Below the pieces are notes generated by a model that was not told the DNA's origin, made no database searches, and saw only the letters and a program-made list of their open reading frames with translations. A stretch of DNA of 41,341 nt from Candidatus Kaiserbacteria bacterium (GTDB lineage Bacteria; Patescibacteriota; Minisyncoccia; Phycocordibacterales; UBA12088): NCBI GenBank assembly GCA_007116405.1, contig SKIN01000038.1, positions 1-41,341 on the forward strand, in the 5' to 3' direction. Position numbers and translations under genes: made by a program. Shown here one piece after another: positions 17,703-26,075 of the stretch (position 1 is the stretch's first letter; each line of letters starts with the position of its first letter).

Positions 17703-20240
17703 CTACGGGACCAGCTTCCACTCCCCCCGGGCGAGCAATGACTCGGCCTTTTTATACTTCATTTGCTTGGTTTCTTTGCCGTTGGTGACGGTGACGAGCT
17801 CATTTCTCCCTATTTTCTGCTCGGTGCGCGCCGGTACAGGAGTAGTGCCGCCTTGGGTCACGCGAGAGGCCTGTTGCGCCAGCGTACTTTGTCGCTTCAT
17901 GCGTTCCTCCTCGCTCTCGAAAGCCCCCACTCCCATCTCAGGCAGCAGTTCGATCACTCGTTCGATGATACCTGTCTCAAGCGACCTGAACATGCGTAAC
18001 CCTTCCTTGCGGTACTCGATGAGCGGATCCCTCTGCCCGTATGCTCGGAGGTTCACCGAACTGCGGAGATGCTCCATGACGTCGAGATGTTCGAGCCAGA
18101 AGAAGTCTATGGTCTGCAAGAGCATCCTGCGCACTACCGTGTAAAACTCATCCTCACCCAGGAGGTCTTTCTTGTTTGCAATGATGTCTCCCGCATTCGC
18201 GTCGTGCGCCATCACCTCATCAAGGAACGCGTCTATCGCCTCACGATCCGCCTCAAGATACCGACGTCGACGTTCGTAGATGACCTGACGCTGATGGTTC
18301 AGCACGTTGTCATACGAGAGGATGCGCTTGCGGGCATCAAAGTTGAATCCTTCGATGCGCTTTTGCGCACCCTCGAGCTGCCTACTGATGATACCCATTT
18401 GTATCGGCTCATCCTCCGATGTCGTTGCTCGAGACATCGTCTTACGAATGAGATCATTGTTGCCGAACACGCGCATGAGATGGTCATCAAGCGACACAAA
18501 GAATTGCGTCTCACCGGGATCTCCTTGCCTGCCCGCTCGACCCCGCAACTGATTGTCGATGCGACGTGCCTCGTGGCGTTCGGTACCTAACACGTAGAGA
18601 CCACCAATCGCTTTCACCTCCTCGTAGGCCGCCTTGTCGACGGGACTGCCACCGAGCTTGATGTCAACACCGCGACCAGCCATGTTGGTGGCAATGGTGA
18701 CCGTGCCTTTACGACCGGCTTGAGCGATGATCTCACCCTCCCGTTCATGGTTCTTTGCGTTCAATACCTCGTGCGGTACGCCCTCTTTTGTGAGGTAGGC
18801 GGACAGTTCCTCATTCTTCTCAATGGAGGCGGTGCCTATGAGTACAGGTTGCCCCTTCTCGTAGAGTTCGCGCACCTTTCGCGCAATTGCCTTTTGCTTG
18901 CCTTGCTCGTTGATAAAGATCATGTCGGGATTATCGATACGTGCCACGGGTTTGTTTGTGGGTATCTGGACAACGTCGAGTTTGTAGACGGTGTAAAATT
19001 CCTCGGAAGATGTCTCCGCGGTTCCTGTCATGCCGGCGAGTTTTTCATACATGCGGAAGTAGTTCTGGAACGTGACTGAAGCAAATGTCCTACTTTCACG
19101 CTGAACCGAGAGACCCTCCTTTGCCTCAACTGCTTGGTGCAACCCATCGCTCCAGCGTCTCCCTGGCTGCATACGCCCAGTAAACTCGTCGACGATGACC
19201 ACCTCGCCATCGCGCACCACATAGTGTTTGTCACGCTCAAACAGCGCCTGCGCGCGGACCGCGGTCTCAAGATGGTGGACGTATTTGATGCCTGCCTCCG
19301 TGTATATATTGTCGACACCTAAAGCCTTTTCCGCTTTTTCTATACCCGCATCGGTCAACTGCACCGCACGAAGCTTTTCGTCCTTCGTGTAGTCCTCTCC
19401 CTCGGTGAGTTTGCGTGCTATCCCAGAGAACTGAGCGTAGAGATCCTCTGATGCATTTGCCGGAGCGCTGATGATAAGCGGGGTTCGTGCTTCATCGATG
19501 AGTATCGAGTCGATCTCGTCTACGATGGCGAAGTAATAGCCACGTTGTCTGAGGTTTGCGACGTCGTATTCAATATTGTCACGCAGATAATCGAAACCAA
19601 ACTCGTTGTTCGTGCCGTACGTGATGTCGGCCGCGTACGCTTCCTTGCGCGTACACGGACGCAGGAAATCATGCACGACCTTAAAGGAACCTGTGGCATC
19701 GCGTTCTTCATCCTCTGCGGAACCCTCCTTGATATCCGGGTCATAGAGGTATGACGCCTGAGAGTTGATGACCGAGACGGTAAGACCAAGGAATGTATAC
19801 ACCTGCCCCATCCATACAGCGTCTCGGCGAGAGAGGTAGTCGTTCACTGTGACGACATGCACACCTTTACCAGTGAGGGCGTTGAGGTATGTTGGCAACG
19901 TCGCGACCAAGGTTTTACCTTCACCGGTACGCATTTCCGCTATGGCGTTACGGTGCAGCGCGGCACCACCCATCACCTGCACATCATAGTGGCGTTCTCC
20001 GAGGACTCGCTTCGCAGCCTCGCGCACTACGGCAAACGCCTCCGGCATGAGTACATCAACGCTCTCTCCCTTTTCCAAGCGTTGCTTGAACTCTTCCGTC
20101 TTTGCCTTGAGTCCGTCGTCAGACATAGCCTGCATTTCATCCTCATGTGCATTGACCGCCGTCACCACCTGTTGCAATTCACGGAGTATCTTGCGATTGG
20201 TACTGTCTCTATATAGCTGTTTCAGTGAAAACGAAAACAT
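17703..20240 (-). CDS. secA: Preprotein translocase ATPase SecA
   Basis: HYDVQVMGGAALHRNAIAEMRTGEGKTLVATLP, AIVDEIDSILIDEARTPLIIS, GMTGTA, TNMAGRGVDIKLG, RIDNQLRGRAGRQGDPG. I use the ATG at 20240 (MFSFSLKQLY...) because a -10 box lies 6 nt upstream. Confidence 0.97.
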   Translation of the reverse strand: MFSFSLKQLYRDSTNRKILRELQQVVTAVNAHEDEMQAMSDDGLKAKTEEFKQRLEKGESVDVLMPEAFAVVREAAKRVLGERHYDVQVMGGAALHRNAIAEMRTGEGKTLVATLPTYLNALTGKGVHVVTVNDYLSRRDAVWMGQVYTFLGLTVSVINSQASYLYDPDIKEGSAEDEERDATGSFKVVHDFLRPCTRKEAYAADITYGTNNEFGFDYLRDNIEYDVANLRQRGYYFAIVDEIDSILIDEARTPLIISAPANASEDLYAQFSGIARKLTEGEDYTKDEKLRAVQLTDAGIEKAEKALGVDNIYTEAGIKYVHHLETAVRAQALFERDKHYVVRDGEVVIVDEFTGRMQPGRRWSDGLHQAVEAKEGLSVQRESRTFASVTFQNYFRMYEKLAGMTGTAETSSEEFYTVYKLDVVQIPTNKPVARIDNPDMIFINEQGKQKAIARKVRELYEKGQPVLIGTASIEKNEELSAYLTKEGVPHEVLNAKNHEREGEIIAQAGRKGTVTIATNMAGRGVDIKLGGSPVDKAAYEEVKAIGGLYVLGTERHEARRIDNQLRGRAGRQGDPGETQFFVSLDDHLMRVFGNNDLIRKTMSRATTSEDEPIQMGIISRQLEGAQKRIEGFNFDARKRILSYDNVLNHQRQVIYERRRRYLEADREAIDAFLDEVMAHDANAGDIIANKKDLLGEDEFYTVVRRMLLQTIDFFWLEHLDVMEHLRSSVNLRAYGQRDPLIEYRKEGLRMFRSLETGIIERVIELLPEMGVGAFESEEERMKRQSTLAQQASRVTQGGTTPVPARTEQKIGRNELVTVTNGKETKQMKYKKAESLLARGEWKLVP

Positions 20241-20246
20241 GGCGCG

Positions 20247-20255
20247 ATTGTACCA
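20247..20255 (-). promoter_or_regulatory. Extended -10 promoter TGGTACAAT, 6 nt upstream of the secA ATG (leaderless)
   Basis: Minus strand reads CTGTGGTACAAT-CGCGCC-ATGTTTTCG. Confidence 0.5.
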
Positions 20256-20301
20256 CAGATGAAAGAAAGCGTCAGTCTCCCATAATGCCGACCCCAAACA
20301 G

Positions 20302-20328
20302 CACAACATCCGCCGTGCGGATGTTGTG
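20302..20328 (-). terminator. Strong hairpin (11-bp perfect stem) between the KKA-repeat gene and secA; terminator or attenuator
   Basis: Minus strand CACAACATCCG-CACGG-CGGATGTTGTG followed by CTGTTTGGGG. The U-tract is poor. Confidence 0.45.
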
Positions 20329-20352
20329 AGGTCAAAGAGTGGAAGGTGCGGA

Positions 20353-20511
20353 CTACTTGCGTCGCGTCGCTTTCTTCTTTGTCGTCTTCTTGGTCGCTTT
20401 CTTTGCGGCCTTCTTTACGACTTTCTTTGCCTTCTTGACCGTCTTCTTTGCCTTCTTGGCAACCTTCTTGACGGCCTTCTTTGCCTTCTTGGCTGCTTTC
20501 TTTACCGGCAT
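20353..20511 (-). CDS. Small (52 aa) extremely basic Lys/Ala-repeat protein (histone H1-like / nucleoid-associated-like)
   Basis: Below the track size cut-off. The minus strand translates to MPVKKAAKKAKKAVKKVAKKAKKTVKKAKKVVKKAAKKATKKTTKKKATRRK*. The + strand track ORFs 20326..20628 and 20339..20524 are its shadows. Confidence 0.65.
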   Translation of the reverse strand: MPVKKAAKKAKKAVKKVAKKAKKTVKKAKKVVKKAAKKATKKTTKKKATRRK

Positions 20512-20539
20512 GATGTCAATTTGAATTGTATATGTAATG

Positions 20540-20584
20540 AACGACGTCGACCGAAGATAGCTGCGAAGATATCCTCACGTCGTT
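20540..20584. repeat. 8-bp inverted repeat AACGACGT / ACGTCGTT flanking a direct repeat TATCTTCG x2, just upstream of the KKA gene
   Basis: Read directly in the intergenic region between the murB stop and the KKA start. Function unknown. Confidence 0.3.
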
Positions 20585-20667
20585 GTAATACTTCTATTAT
20601 GGTGCAAAAAAAATTTTTACAAAGATGAAAAAGAAATTTTATGTGGATAACATGACGCAACCTCCGG

Positions 20668-21708
20668 TCATACCGAACGAAGTTCGACGTCGATACAACG
20701 AACCTCCGGTTCCAGGATGATCGTTGTGCGCTCTTTGACATCTTCAATGATGGTGTTTGCAAAGGCAATCAACTCCGACGTCGAACCGTCGCCATAGTGC
20801 ACCAAACACAAGGGTTGCGTATCCCAGCAGCCGACATGCTCACCCCTTCTTCCCTTCCACCCGAATTGTTCAAGTAAGTAAGCGGCGGAGAGTTTGTACA
20901 TTCCTTCACCGTGTGGATGTGCGGGAAGATATTCGAACCAGCGAGTCAGTTCCTTGTATACCTGTTCTGGGACGACGGGGTTCTTGAAAAACGAACCCGC
21001 GGTGCCTACCTCGGTCACATCGGGAAGTTTCCTGTTGCGTATCGTTCTCACCGCATCACTCACTTCCTTTGGAGTAAGTCGTCCGGTATCGGTGTTCTCA
21101 AAGTACGCCGCAAGGTCACGGTACGAGAGCTTTGGTATGGGATATGTACTCAACCGAAATGCGACCCGCGTCACAATATACTGCTGTCCTTCCGGGCGTT
21201 TGAATATCGATTCACGATACCCGAATTCACAATCAGCGACAGAGAAGATGTGTAGGGTGTTCTCCTTCGTGTCGAGCACTTCCACCCAGTCGATCAAGTC
21301 TCGTACCTCAACCCCATATGCCCCGACGTTCTGCACGGGCACAGCACCCACGGTGCCGGGAATGGCAGAAAGGTTCTCCATGCCCCAAAGCCCCTGCGAC
21401 ACTGTCTCCGCCACAAGGTCGTCCCACAGCTCACCCGCACCGGCCGTAACACGTGCGTCACCTTTGCTGTCCTCTTCATAATGACGACCCCGTATGTTGA
21501 TACGTATCACGAGGCCATCAAAACCATCGTCACTAAAGAGGACATTGCTCCCCTTACCGAGTATAAAAAAAGGAAGCCCGCGGGTGCGAGCGTACGCCAG
21601 TGCATCACGCAACTCCTCCAGTGAGGTGACCGAACAAAAAAAACGTGCCACACCACCGAGACGAAATGTGGTGAGCTCTTGGAGTGACACATTGGTAAGT
21701 ACACGCAT
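20668..21708 (-). CDS. murB: UDP-N-acetylenolpyruvoylglucosamine reductase
   Basis: LQELTTFRLGGVARFF, FFILGKGSNVLFSD, GMENLSAIPGTVGAVPVQNVGAYG, AGSFFKNP. Confidence 0.95.
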   Translation of the reverse strand: MRVLTNVSLQELTTFRLGGVARFFCSVTSLEELRDALAYARTRGLPFFILGKGSNVLFSDDGFDGLVIRINIRGRHYEEDSKGDARVTAGAGELWDDLVAETVSQGLWGMENLSAIPGTVGAVPVQNVGAYGVEVRDLIDWVEVLDTKENTLHIFSVADCEFGYRESIFKRPEGQQYIVTRVAFRLSTYPIPKLSYRDLAAYFENTDTGRLTPKEVSDAVRTIRNRKLPDVTEVGTAGSFFKNPVVPEQVYKELTRWFEYLPAHPHGEGMYKLSAAYLLEQFGWKGRRGEHVGCWDTQPLCLVHYGDGSTSELIAFANTIIEDVKERTTIILEPEVRCIDVELRSV

Positions 21709-21718
21709 GTCCTGTTCT

Positions 21719-21808
21719 CTATTCGCGTTTGTGCCCGGTATGGAACGCCGGTGCGAGCTCCAAATGAAAAACTTTAATGAGTGCCGCGGCGCTCCATACC
21801 AGGCGCAC
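21719..21808 (-). other. murB leader: long imperfect hairpin (17-bp core stem) inside a candidate leaderless GTG-initiated 29-codon uORF
   Basis: Arms 21803..21787 and 21750..21734. The two mismatches are C.A/A.C on the + strand but G.U on the minus-strand RNA. The stem extends with one mismatch to 21807/21730. The uORF is MRLVWSAAALIKVFHLELAPAFHTGHKRE*, ending 10 nt before the murB ATG. Confidence 0.35.
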
Positions 21809-21814
21809 CAGGAC

Positions 21815-21823
21815 AGTATACCA
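21815..21823 (-). promoter_or_regulatory. Extended -10 promoter TGGTATACT (identical 9-mer to the ATPase-operon promoter), 6 nt upstream of GTG 21808
   Basis: Minus strand reads GGAATGGTATACT-GTCCTG-GTGCGCCTGG. Confidence 0.45.
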
Positions 21824-21896
21824 TTCCCACAAGAACCACCAAAATATTGCCGCCATTGTCATGCGCGAGACAAAGGGTAGCTCCCAGACACGCAAA

Positions 21897-21914
21897 TCCC
21901 CCTGTGAGGGGGGA
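21897..21914 (-). terminator. Short GC hairpin about 90 nt downstream of the AbrB-like gene (weak terminator candidate)
   Basis: Minus strand TCCCCC-CTCACA-GGGGGA followed by TTTGCG. Confidence 0.3.
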
Positions 21915-22003
21915 CTTACGCAGTTTTTCATTTTGCAGAGCTTTTACACTCTGGCACTCACTTGGCAGTATAGCACATCTGCAAATAAATGCAAGTCCAC
22001 GTG

Positions 22004-22180
22004 CTATTTTCGCAGCTGCTCGATGGCAACACTGGCACCGCGCTTCCGCACGACCACTTTTTGCCCATCTTTCCAACCAAGCTCCCGAACGAGGTCCGCA
22101 GGCAGTACCACCGTGGTGGAGCCATTTGCTTGACGCTGTATCTTGCGTACATTTACAGGTTCTGTCTTCTTTTTAGCCAT
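22004..22180 (-). CDS. SpoVT/AbrB-type (MazE-like) DNA-binding protein, 58 aa
   Basis: MAKKKTEPVNVRKIQRQANGSTTVVLPADLVRELGWKDGQKVVVRKRGASVAIEQL fits the swapped-hairpin AbrB pattern. I use the ATG at 22180 because the upstream gene ends at 22215. Confidence 0.8.
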   Translation of the reverse strand: MAKKKTEPVNVRKIQRQANGSTTVVLPADLVRELGWKDGQKVVVRKRGASVAIEQLRK

Positions 22181-22214
22181 ATATCGTGTGAATTGGTTAT
22201 TGGAGAGCACGGGG

Positions 22215-24488
22215 TCACCACCCACGCACCTCTTTGATAAACTCTTCAATTTGCTCGGTGTGTTCTGGATATTCCTCAATTATTGACTCAAGAAGAGCCA
22301 CTGCTTCGTCCCTTCTCCCGAGTTCACGGTACGCCACCGACAGTGAGACACGTTGTTGTATGTCTGCCGGGTTGTTCTCTATGCGCCGCTCAAGCGCCTC
22401 GGCTACAACATCATAACGACCTGCATTCGCCCATTCTCTAATGAGTCGATCGTCATCAATCGCCGGGGTCCCAAAGCGTTCCGCCAACAGATCGACCGCT
22501 TCCCTGTCACGACCGGTACGTATGAGCAGCAACGCATACAATCGGCGCGCCTCGTCATATTCAGGCGCAAGCTCGAACGCCTTACGGAATAATTCATATG
22601 CATCTTCAGTCTCTCCCTGCACCAGACGCACCTCCCCGAGTTGGAAGATAGCAGATTGTTTACGTGGTGTAAGCTCGACAGCTCGTCTGAACGCCCGCTC
22701 GGCATCGCCAAGGGCACCGGTATTCGCATACAGAGTGCCCATGAAAAGCCAGAGCCGTGCGGAGTTCGGGTTACGCTCGATCTCTCTTCGCATCTCCTCA
22801 ATAGCTAGATCCCTGAAAGCTTGGCGAGTCTCCGCGGTGACGTTCTCAGCGCGCTGCATGTTGGCGGCCATCTGCGCAAGCTGTTCACGCACTTCTTGAC
22901 GCCCAAGCTGATCGAACACAAGAGCGCGCTTGTATGTTTCCAATATCATTTCCGGAGAATTAGCTACTACCTGACCGTTTGGTAGACGTTGTTGTGGGAT
23001 CATCGCACTGATGAGCGTCTGACTAGTGCGGATACCAGGTACGTTCACGTAGTAGATCACCAATCCTGCGACGACGATAACGATAGGCAAGATGACTGCT
23101 ACTACCGTCTCCTTGCGAACGGAATACTCCCCACATAGCGGTTCGTGGTTGTCGCTTACCCGCCAATGAATATACGCAAGCAGTGAGAAGAAGAGGATGT
23201 AGCTAATGATATTATCGAACACCGTGAGGTTGTGCAGGAAATACGCGACGATGAGTCCTGACCACAATGCGCGTTCAGTGGCACCAAACGTATGATCACG
23301 CTTACGGAAAAGTGCTCGAATCGTCTCAATGGACGCGAGAGCGCGCCATGTCCATCTACTCTCTCGAGGGGTCAAGACCCAGAGATGAGCCAACATTGAG
23401 ACAGGCAACAGTAGGTACGCAATGAGGCCGGCAAACCCTGCTGCAATGAGCCAGTCAAACACGACATTGTGCGTACGGTCGAACCATGGTTCCTCACCAT
23501 ACATGTAGGGGTCGAAGTGTTTAGAGAATACGTACTCATAGTTGTCTTGACCCCAACCGAGAACCGGGCGTTCTTTCACTCCTTCCCATGCCATGCGCCA
23601 GTTCATAAAGCGTGCGTTCACCGTCCCGGAACTCATACTTATCTGAGTGAAGCGGTTGACGACCGGAGTATCTTTCGCCCACTCAGTGTCCTTGAGACCG
23701 AACAAAACTCCGACCACTACCACCACCGTAAGCAATGCGCCAATGGCAGCGGAGCGTAGTATCCTGCGCTCGCGTTCAAGGAGGGCGATGAGGAGTGCGG
23801 TGACCATTGCCCCACCAATAAAGCCGAGTACCGTGCCCCGAGTGAGGGTGAGTACCATCACGATAAGGTGGAGGAAAGCGACCACTCCAAGGAGTGCTTG
23901 ATGCCAGTGGGTGCCCTTCCACCGCGCCATCAGCACGAGCGCAATGAAGATGTGAAAGAGCGAATAGACAGCAAGGTAGATGGGGTTACCAAACTTAGCG
24001 TCAATACGAGGTATCGAGGAGATGTCTGGGAACGCCTTGATGATCGGATCGAGTGCAATAAAAAGGACCAGGACACTTGCGCCCAGCGTACTATACCAGA
24101 ATATGTTCCAGAGCTTCTGCGTGTTCAAGACCGTGCTCGCGACAATAAAGTACGCGAAGAGATGGAGCATCGTGATATATCCTTCCATCCGCTCAAAGTT
24201 GCTCCAAAAACTCTTGAACGGGTTCTCGCCGAGCATGCTGGCAAGACCGACCACAGCCATGAAGAATACAATGGCTGCAAGGATCCAAGAAAAACGAGGT
24301 CGGTAGCGAGCATCGATCAGCGCGAGTAAGACCCATGCCGCGAAAAGTATCTCTACGACGATGCGAAACGTGAAATTCTTTCCCGTGATATAGGGAAAGA
24401 ACATGGACGCGGAAACAATGAACGGCAACATGACGGGGAGCGCGACGACGCCTCCCACCACCAACCAGCGCAGCGTATCTTTGAGCAT
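22215..24488 (-). CDS. Polytopic O-antigen ligase/polymerase-like (Wzy_C-type) membrane protein fused to C-terminal TPR repeats
   Basis: About 12 TM segments (FPYITGKNFTFRIVVEILFAAWVLL..., LTLTRGTVLG...), then TPR-like repeats (ARLWLFMGTLYANTGALGDAERAFRRAVELTP, AIFQLGEVRLVQGETEDAYELFRKAFELAPEY, ...). The track start at 24527 is GTG; I prefer the ATG at 24488. Confidence 0.85.
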   Translation of the reverse strand: MLKDTLRWLVVGGVVALPVMLPFIVSASMFFPYITGKNFTFRIVVEILFAAWVLLALIDARYRPRFSWILAAIVFFMAVVGLASMLGENPFKSFWSNFERMEGYITMLHLFAYFIVASTVLNTQKLWNIFWYSTLGASVLVLFIALDPIIKAFPDISSIPRIDAKFGNPIYLAVYSLFHIFIALVLMARWKGTHWHQALLGVVAFLHLIVMVLTLTRGTVLGFIGGAMVTALLIALLERERRILRSAAIGALLTVVVVVGVLFGLKDTEWAKDTPVVNRFTQISMSSGTVNARFMNWRMAWEGVKERPVLGWGQDNYEYVFSKHFDPYMYGEEPWFDRTHNVVFDWLIAAGFAGLIAYLLLPVSMLAHLWVLTPRESRWTWRALASIETIRALFRKRDHTFGATERALWSGLIVAYFLHNLTVFDNIISYILFFSLLAYIHWRVSDNHEPLCGEYSVRKETVVAVILPIVIVVAGLVIYYVNVPGIRTSQTLISAMIPQQRLPNGQVVANSPEMILETYKRALVFDQLGRQEVREQLAQMAANMQRAENVTAETRQAFRDLAIEEMRREIERNPNSARLWLFMGTLYANTGALGDAERAFRRAVELTPRKQSAIFQLGEVRLVQGETEDAYELFRKAFELAPEYDEARRLYALLLIRTGRDREAVDLLAERFGTPAIDDDRLIREWANAGRYDVVAEALERRIENNPADIQQRVSLSVAYRELGRRDEAVALLESIIEEYPEHTEQIEEFIKEVRGW

Positions 24489-24497
24489 ATGGCACAC

Positions 24498-24506
24498 ACT
24501 ATACCA
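24498..24506 (-). promoter_or_regulatory. Extended -10 promoter TGGTATAGT, 9 nt upstream of ATG 24488 (leader of 0-3 nt)
   Basis: Minus strand reads GTCGTGGTATAGT-GTGTGCCAT-ATGCTCAAA. Confidence 0.4.
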
Positions 24507-24565
24507 CGACGGCGACCTCCAGTGCACCTTGACCGCCGTGTGGAAAGCGTTTGGGCATACGACCC

Positions 24566-25273
24566 TTACCGCCCCTTTCGTTTTTGCCTGGAGCGCAACG
24601 CATCGGCAGCCATGAATGTTCCTGTGCGCCAGAGCATGTCTCTCACGAATGAGCGGGGTGACGTCACATTAGTGAATGCTCCGGAACGGACAGCCTCAAT
24701 TACGGAGCGTGTATTCTTCTCCGCCCTCAAGACCGCGTAGCTGTCGTCCATGAAATCAAGGAAATGTGTGTCTGATGTCGCGATGTACGGTTTAGCGTGC
24801 TGTTCAGCTACCAAACGTGCCTTCTTGTTGCGGTCAAAAAAACGTGAGTAGAACCACGACTGCTCAACGGCGTCGAACAGGTGAATGTACTGCTCGAGGA
24901 GTCCGTGGAGGCTGAACCCACCAACGTGATACGGATGAGGGGCAATGACCAATACCTCCTCGTGTCTCGCGCGGTACTGGGTAAGGTCGTCGAAGGTGCG
25001 CACCTCCTCGACGTCGCTTGTCGCGTTCAAGATGAGTACATGGTTGCGGTTGCTGCCCTCGTAGATATCAGCTTCGATACCAGGAATGAGCAGCATGTCG
25101 CGCTCGGCCGCGTACGCTACGTGCTCACTCGTGCAAACGTATTTGCGGTGACATGTCACAGCAAGCACATCGAACCCCTTTTCACGGGCATGGTCGATGC
25201 CGGTATAGAGGTCGTACGCAATGTCATGCGCATCGTCTTCCGCTGTATGAAAGTGAAGGTTGGTCTTTAGCAT
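24566..25273 (-). CDS. PHP-domain metal-dependent phosphoesterase
   Basis: MLKTNLHFHTAEDDAHD, VLAVTCH, IAPHPY and SDTHF are histidine-rich PHP motifs. The start is uncertain: 25273 (GGAGG just upstream) or 25303. Confidence 0.8.
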   Translation of the reverse strand: MLKTNLHFHTAEDDAHDIAYDLYTGIDHAREKGFDVLAVTCHRKYVCTSEHVAYAAERDMLLIPGIEADIYEGSNRNHVLILNATSDVEEVRTFDDLTQYRARHEEVLVIAPHPYHVGGFSLHGLLEQYIHLFDAVEQSWFYSRFFDRNKKARLVAEQHAKPYIATSDTHFLDFMDDSYAVLRAEKNTRSVIEAVRSGAFTNVTSPRSFVRDMLWRTGTFMAADALRSRQKRKGR

Positions 25274-25293
25274 ACCTCCGTTTGATGCACCAC

Positions 25294-25302
25294 AGCATAG
25301 CA
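25294..25302 (-). promoter_or_regulatory. Candidate extended -10 TGCTATGCT (same 9-mer as the rsmI promoter), about 20 nt upstream of ATG 25273
   Basis: Minus strand reads ACATGCTATGCT-GTGGTGCATCAAACGGAGGT-ATG. Confidence 0.35.
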
Positions 25303-25305
25303 TGT

Positions 25306-25342
25306 AGAAAAGAAAAACACCCTCCCGGAATATGGGAGGGTG
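25306..25342 (-). terminator. Rho-independent terminator after the CDP-alcohol phosphatidyltransferase gene
   Basis: Minus strand CACCCTCCC-ATATTCC-GGGAGGGTG (9-bp perfect stem) followed by TTTTTCTTTTCT. Confidence 0.75.
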
Positions 25343-25358
25343 TGCACGCTACCAATGC

Positions 25359-25985
25359 TCATGCTGCGGCCTTATACGCGGACACGAAACGGCGGGTATA
25401 GACCACAAGACCGGCAAGCGAAGCAAGTGCCATGATACCTATCAGTGCAAGAAACGGGACGCCAAAGTCATACCAGTATAGTTGCACGATGATGGCCGTT
25501 GCGGCCGTCAGATTTACAGCCTGACGAGCTTTACCCAGCACATGTACGCGCAAGACCATACCATGGAGACGTCTCCAGGCACCCTCAGCAAGTACGACCG
25601 CCTCAGCAACGAAGACGATCAGCGCAAGTGCAATGAACCATCCAGATATCTCTAACCGAACCGCTTCGTGGAAGATGTTGCCGATCACCGCGAAGGTCAG
25701 CAGCTTATCTCGAATGGGGTCAAGCCATTTGCCTACGGTGCTGTGTTGGTTGAGATGCCGTGCAGCAAAACCGTCGAGCGCGTCAGTTATTGCGATCAAA
25801 ATGACCGTGACGGGTATCAGAACGACCCACAGTTCAGCTATGTACTGATAGACGTAGAACAGGGTGAGAAGGATGCCGGAACCTGTGATCAGGTTTGGGA
25901 TAGTGAACCACGCGTCTTTAATTGTTGAGTGGTCAGGTTCGGAAAAAAACTCTTGCTTTAATGACTTGATCGTGGAGCGCTTCAT
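25359..25985 (-). CDS. CDP-alcohol phosphatidyltransferase family protein
   Basis: DALDGFAARHLNQHSTVGKWLDPIRDKL matches D-x2-D-G-x2-A-R-x8-G-x3-D-x3-D, and the protein is multi-TM. I prefer the ATG at 25985, preceded by AAGGAGAG, to the TTG at 26012. Confidence 0.9.
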   Translation of the reverse strand: MKRSTIKSLKQEFFSEPDHSTIKDAWFTIPNLITGSGILLTLFYVYQYIAELWVVLIPVTVILIAITDALDGFAARHLNQHSTVGKWLDPIRDKLLTFAVIGNIFHEAVRLEISGWFIALALIVFVAEAVVLAEGAWRRLHGMVLRVHVLGKARQAVNLTAATAIIVQLYWYDFGVPFLALIGIMALASLAGLVVYTRRFVSAYKAAA

Positions 25986-26075
25986 TACACTCTCCTTTCT
26001 GCCAATGGGCAATAATACACCTCATATTATTATATCACAAAATATGATTTTGTACAGCACAATGCTATGCGAACC

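Noticed and set aside
20340-20520. Tandem-repeat-looking DNA (AAGAAGGC... units) that could be taken for a repeat array, CRISPR-like element or membrane-peptide genes (+ strand track ORFs).
   Set aside because: The units are 12-15 nt, degenerate and have no spacers. On the minus strand they read in frame as a complete ATG-to-TAG (KKA)n ORF, so this is coding low complexity and not a repeat array.
21709-22003. The possibility that the abrB-murB intergenic region encodes SRP RNA, 6S RNA or RNase P RNA. Also the 70-aa track ORF 21719..21931 as a real membrane protein.
   Set aside because: No SRP helix-8 motif (AGCAGC/GGAA apex) or RNase P P4 motif (GAGGAAAGUCC) is present on either strand. The full 70-aa ORF would start upstream of the TGGTATACT promoter. 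Only its last 29 codons fit the promoter geometry and are reported as a candidate uORF.
24089-24097. A second TGGTATAGT 9-mer, identical to the promoter at 24498..24506.
   Set aside because: It lies inside the O-antigen-ligase-like CDS and encodes W-Y-S of FWYSTLGAS. No start codon follows at N6-9, so it is probably chance.
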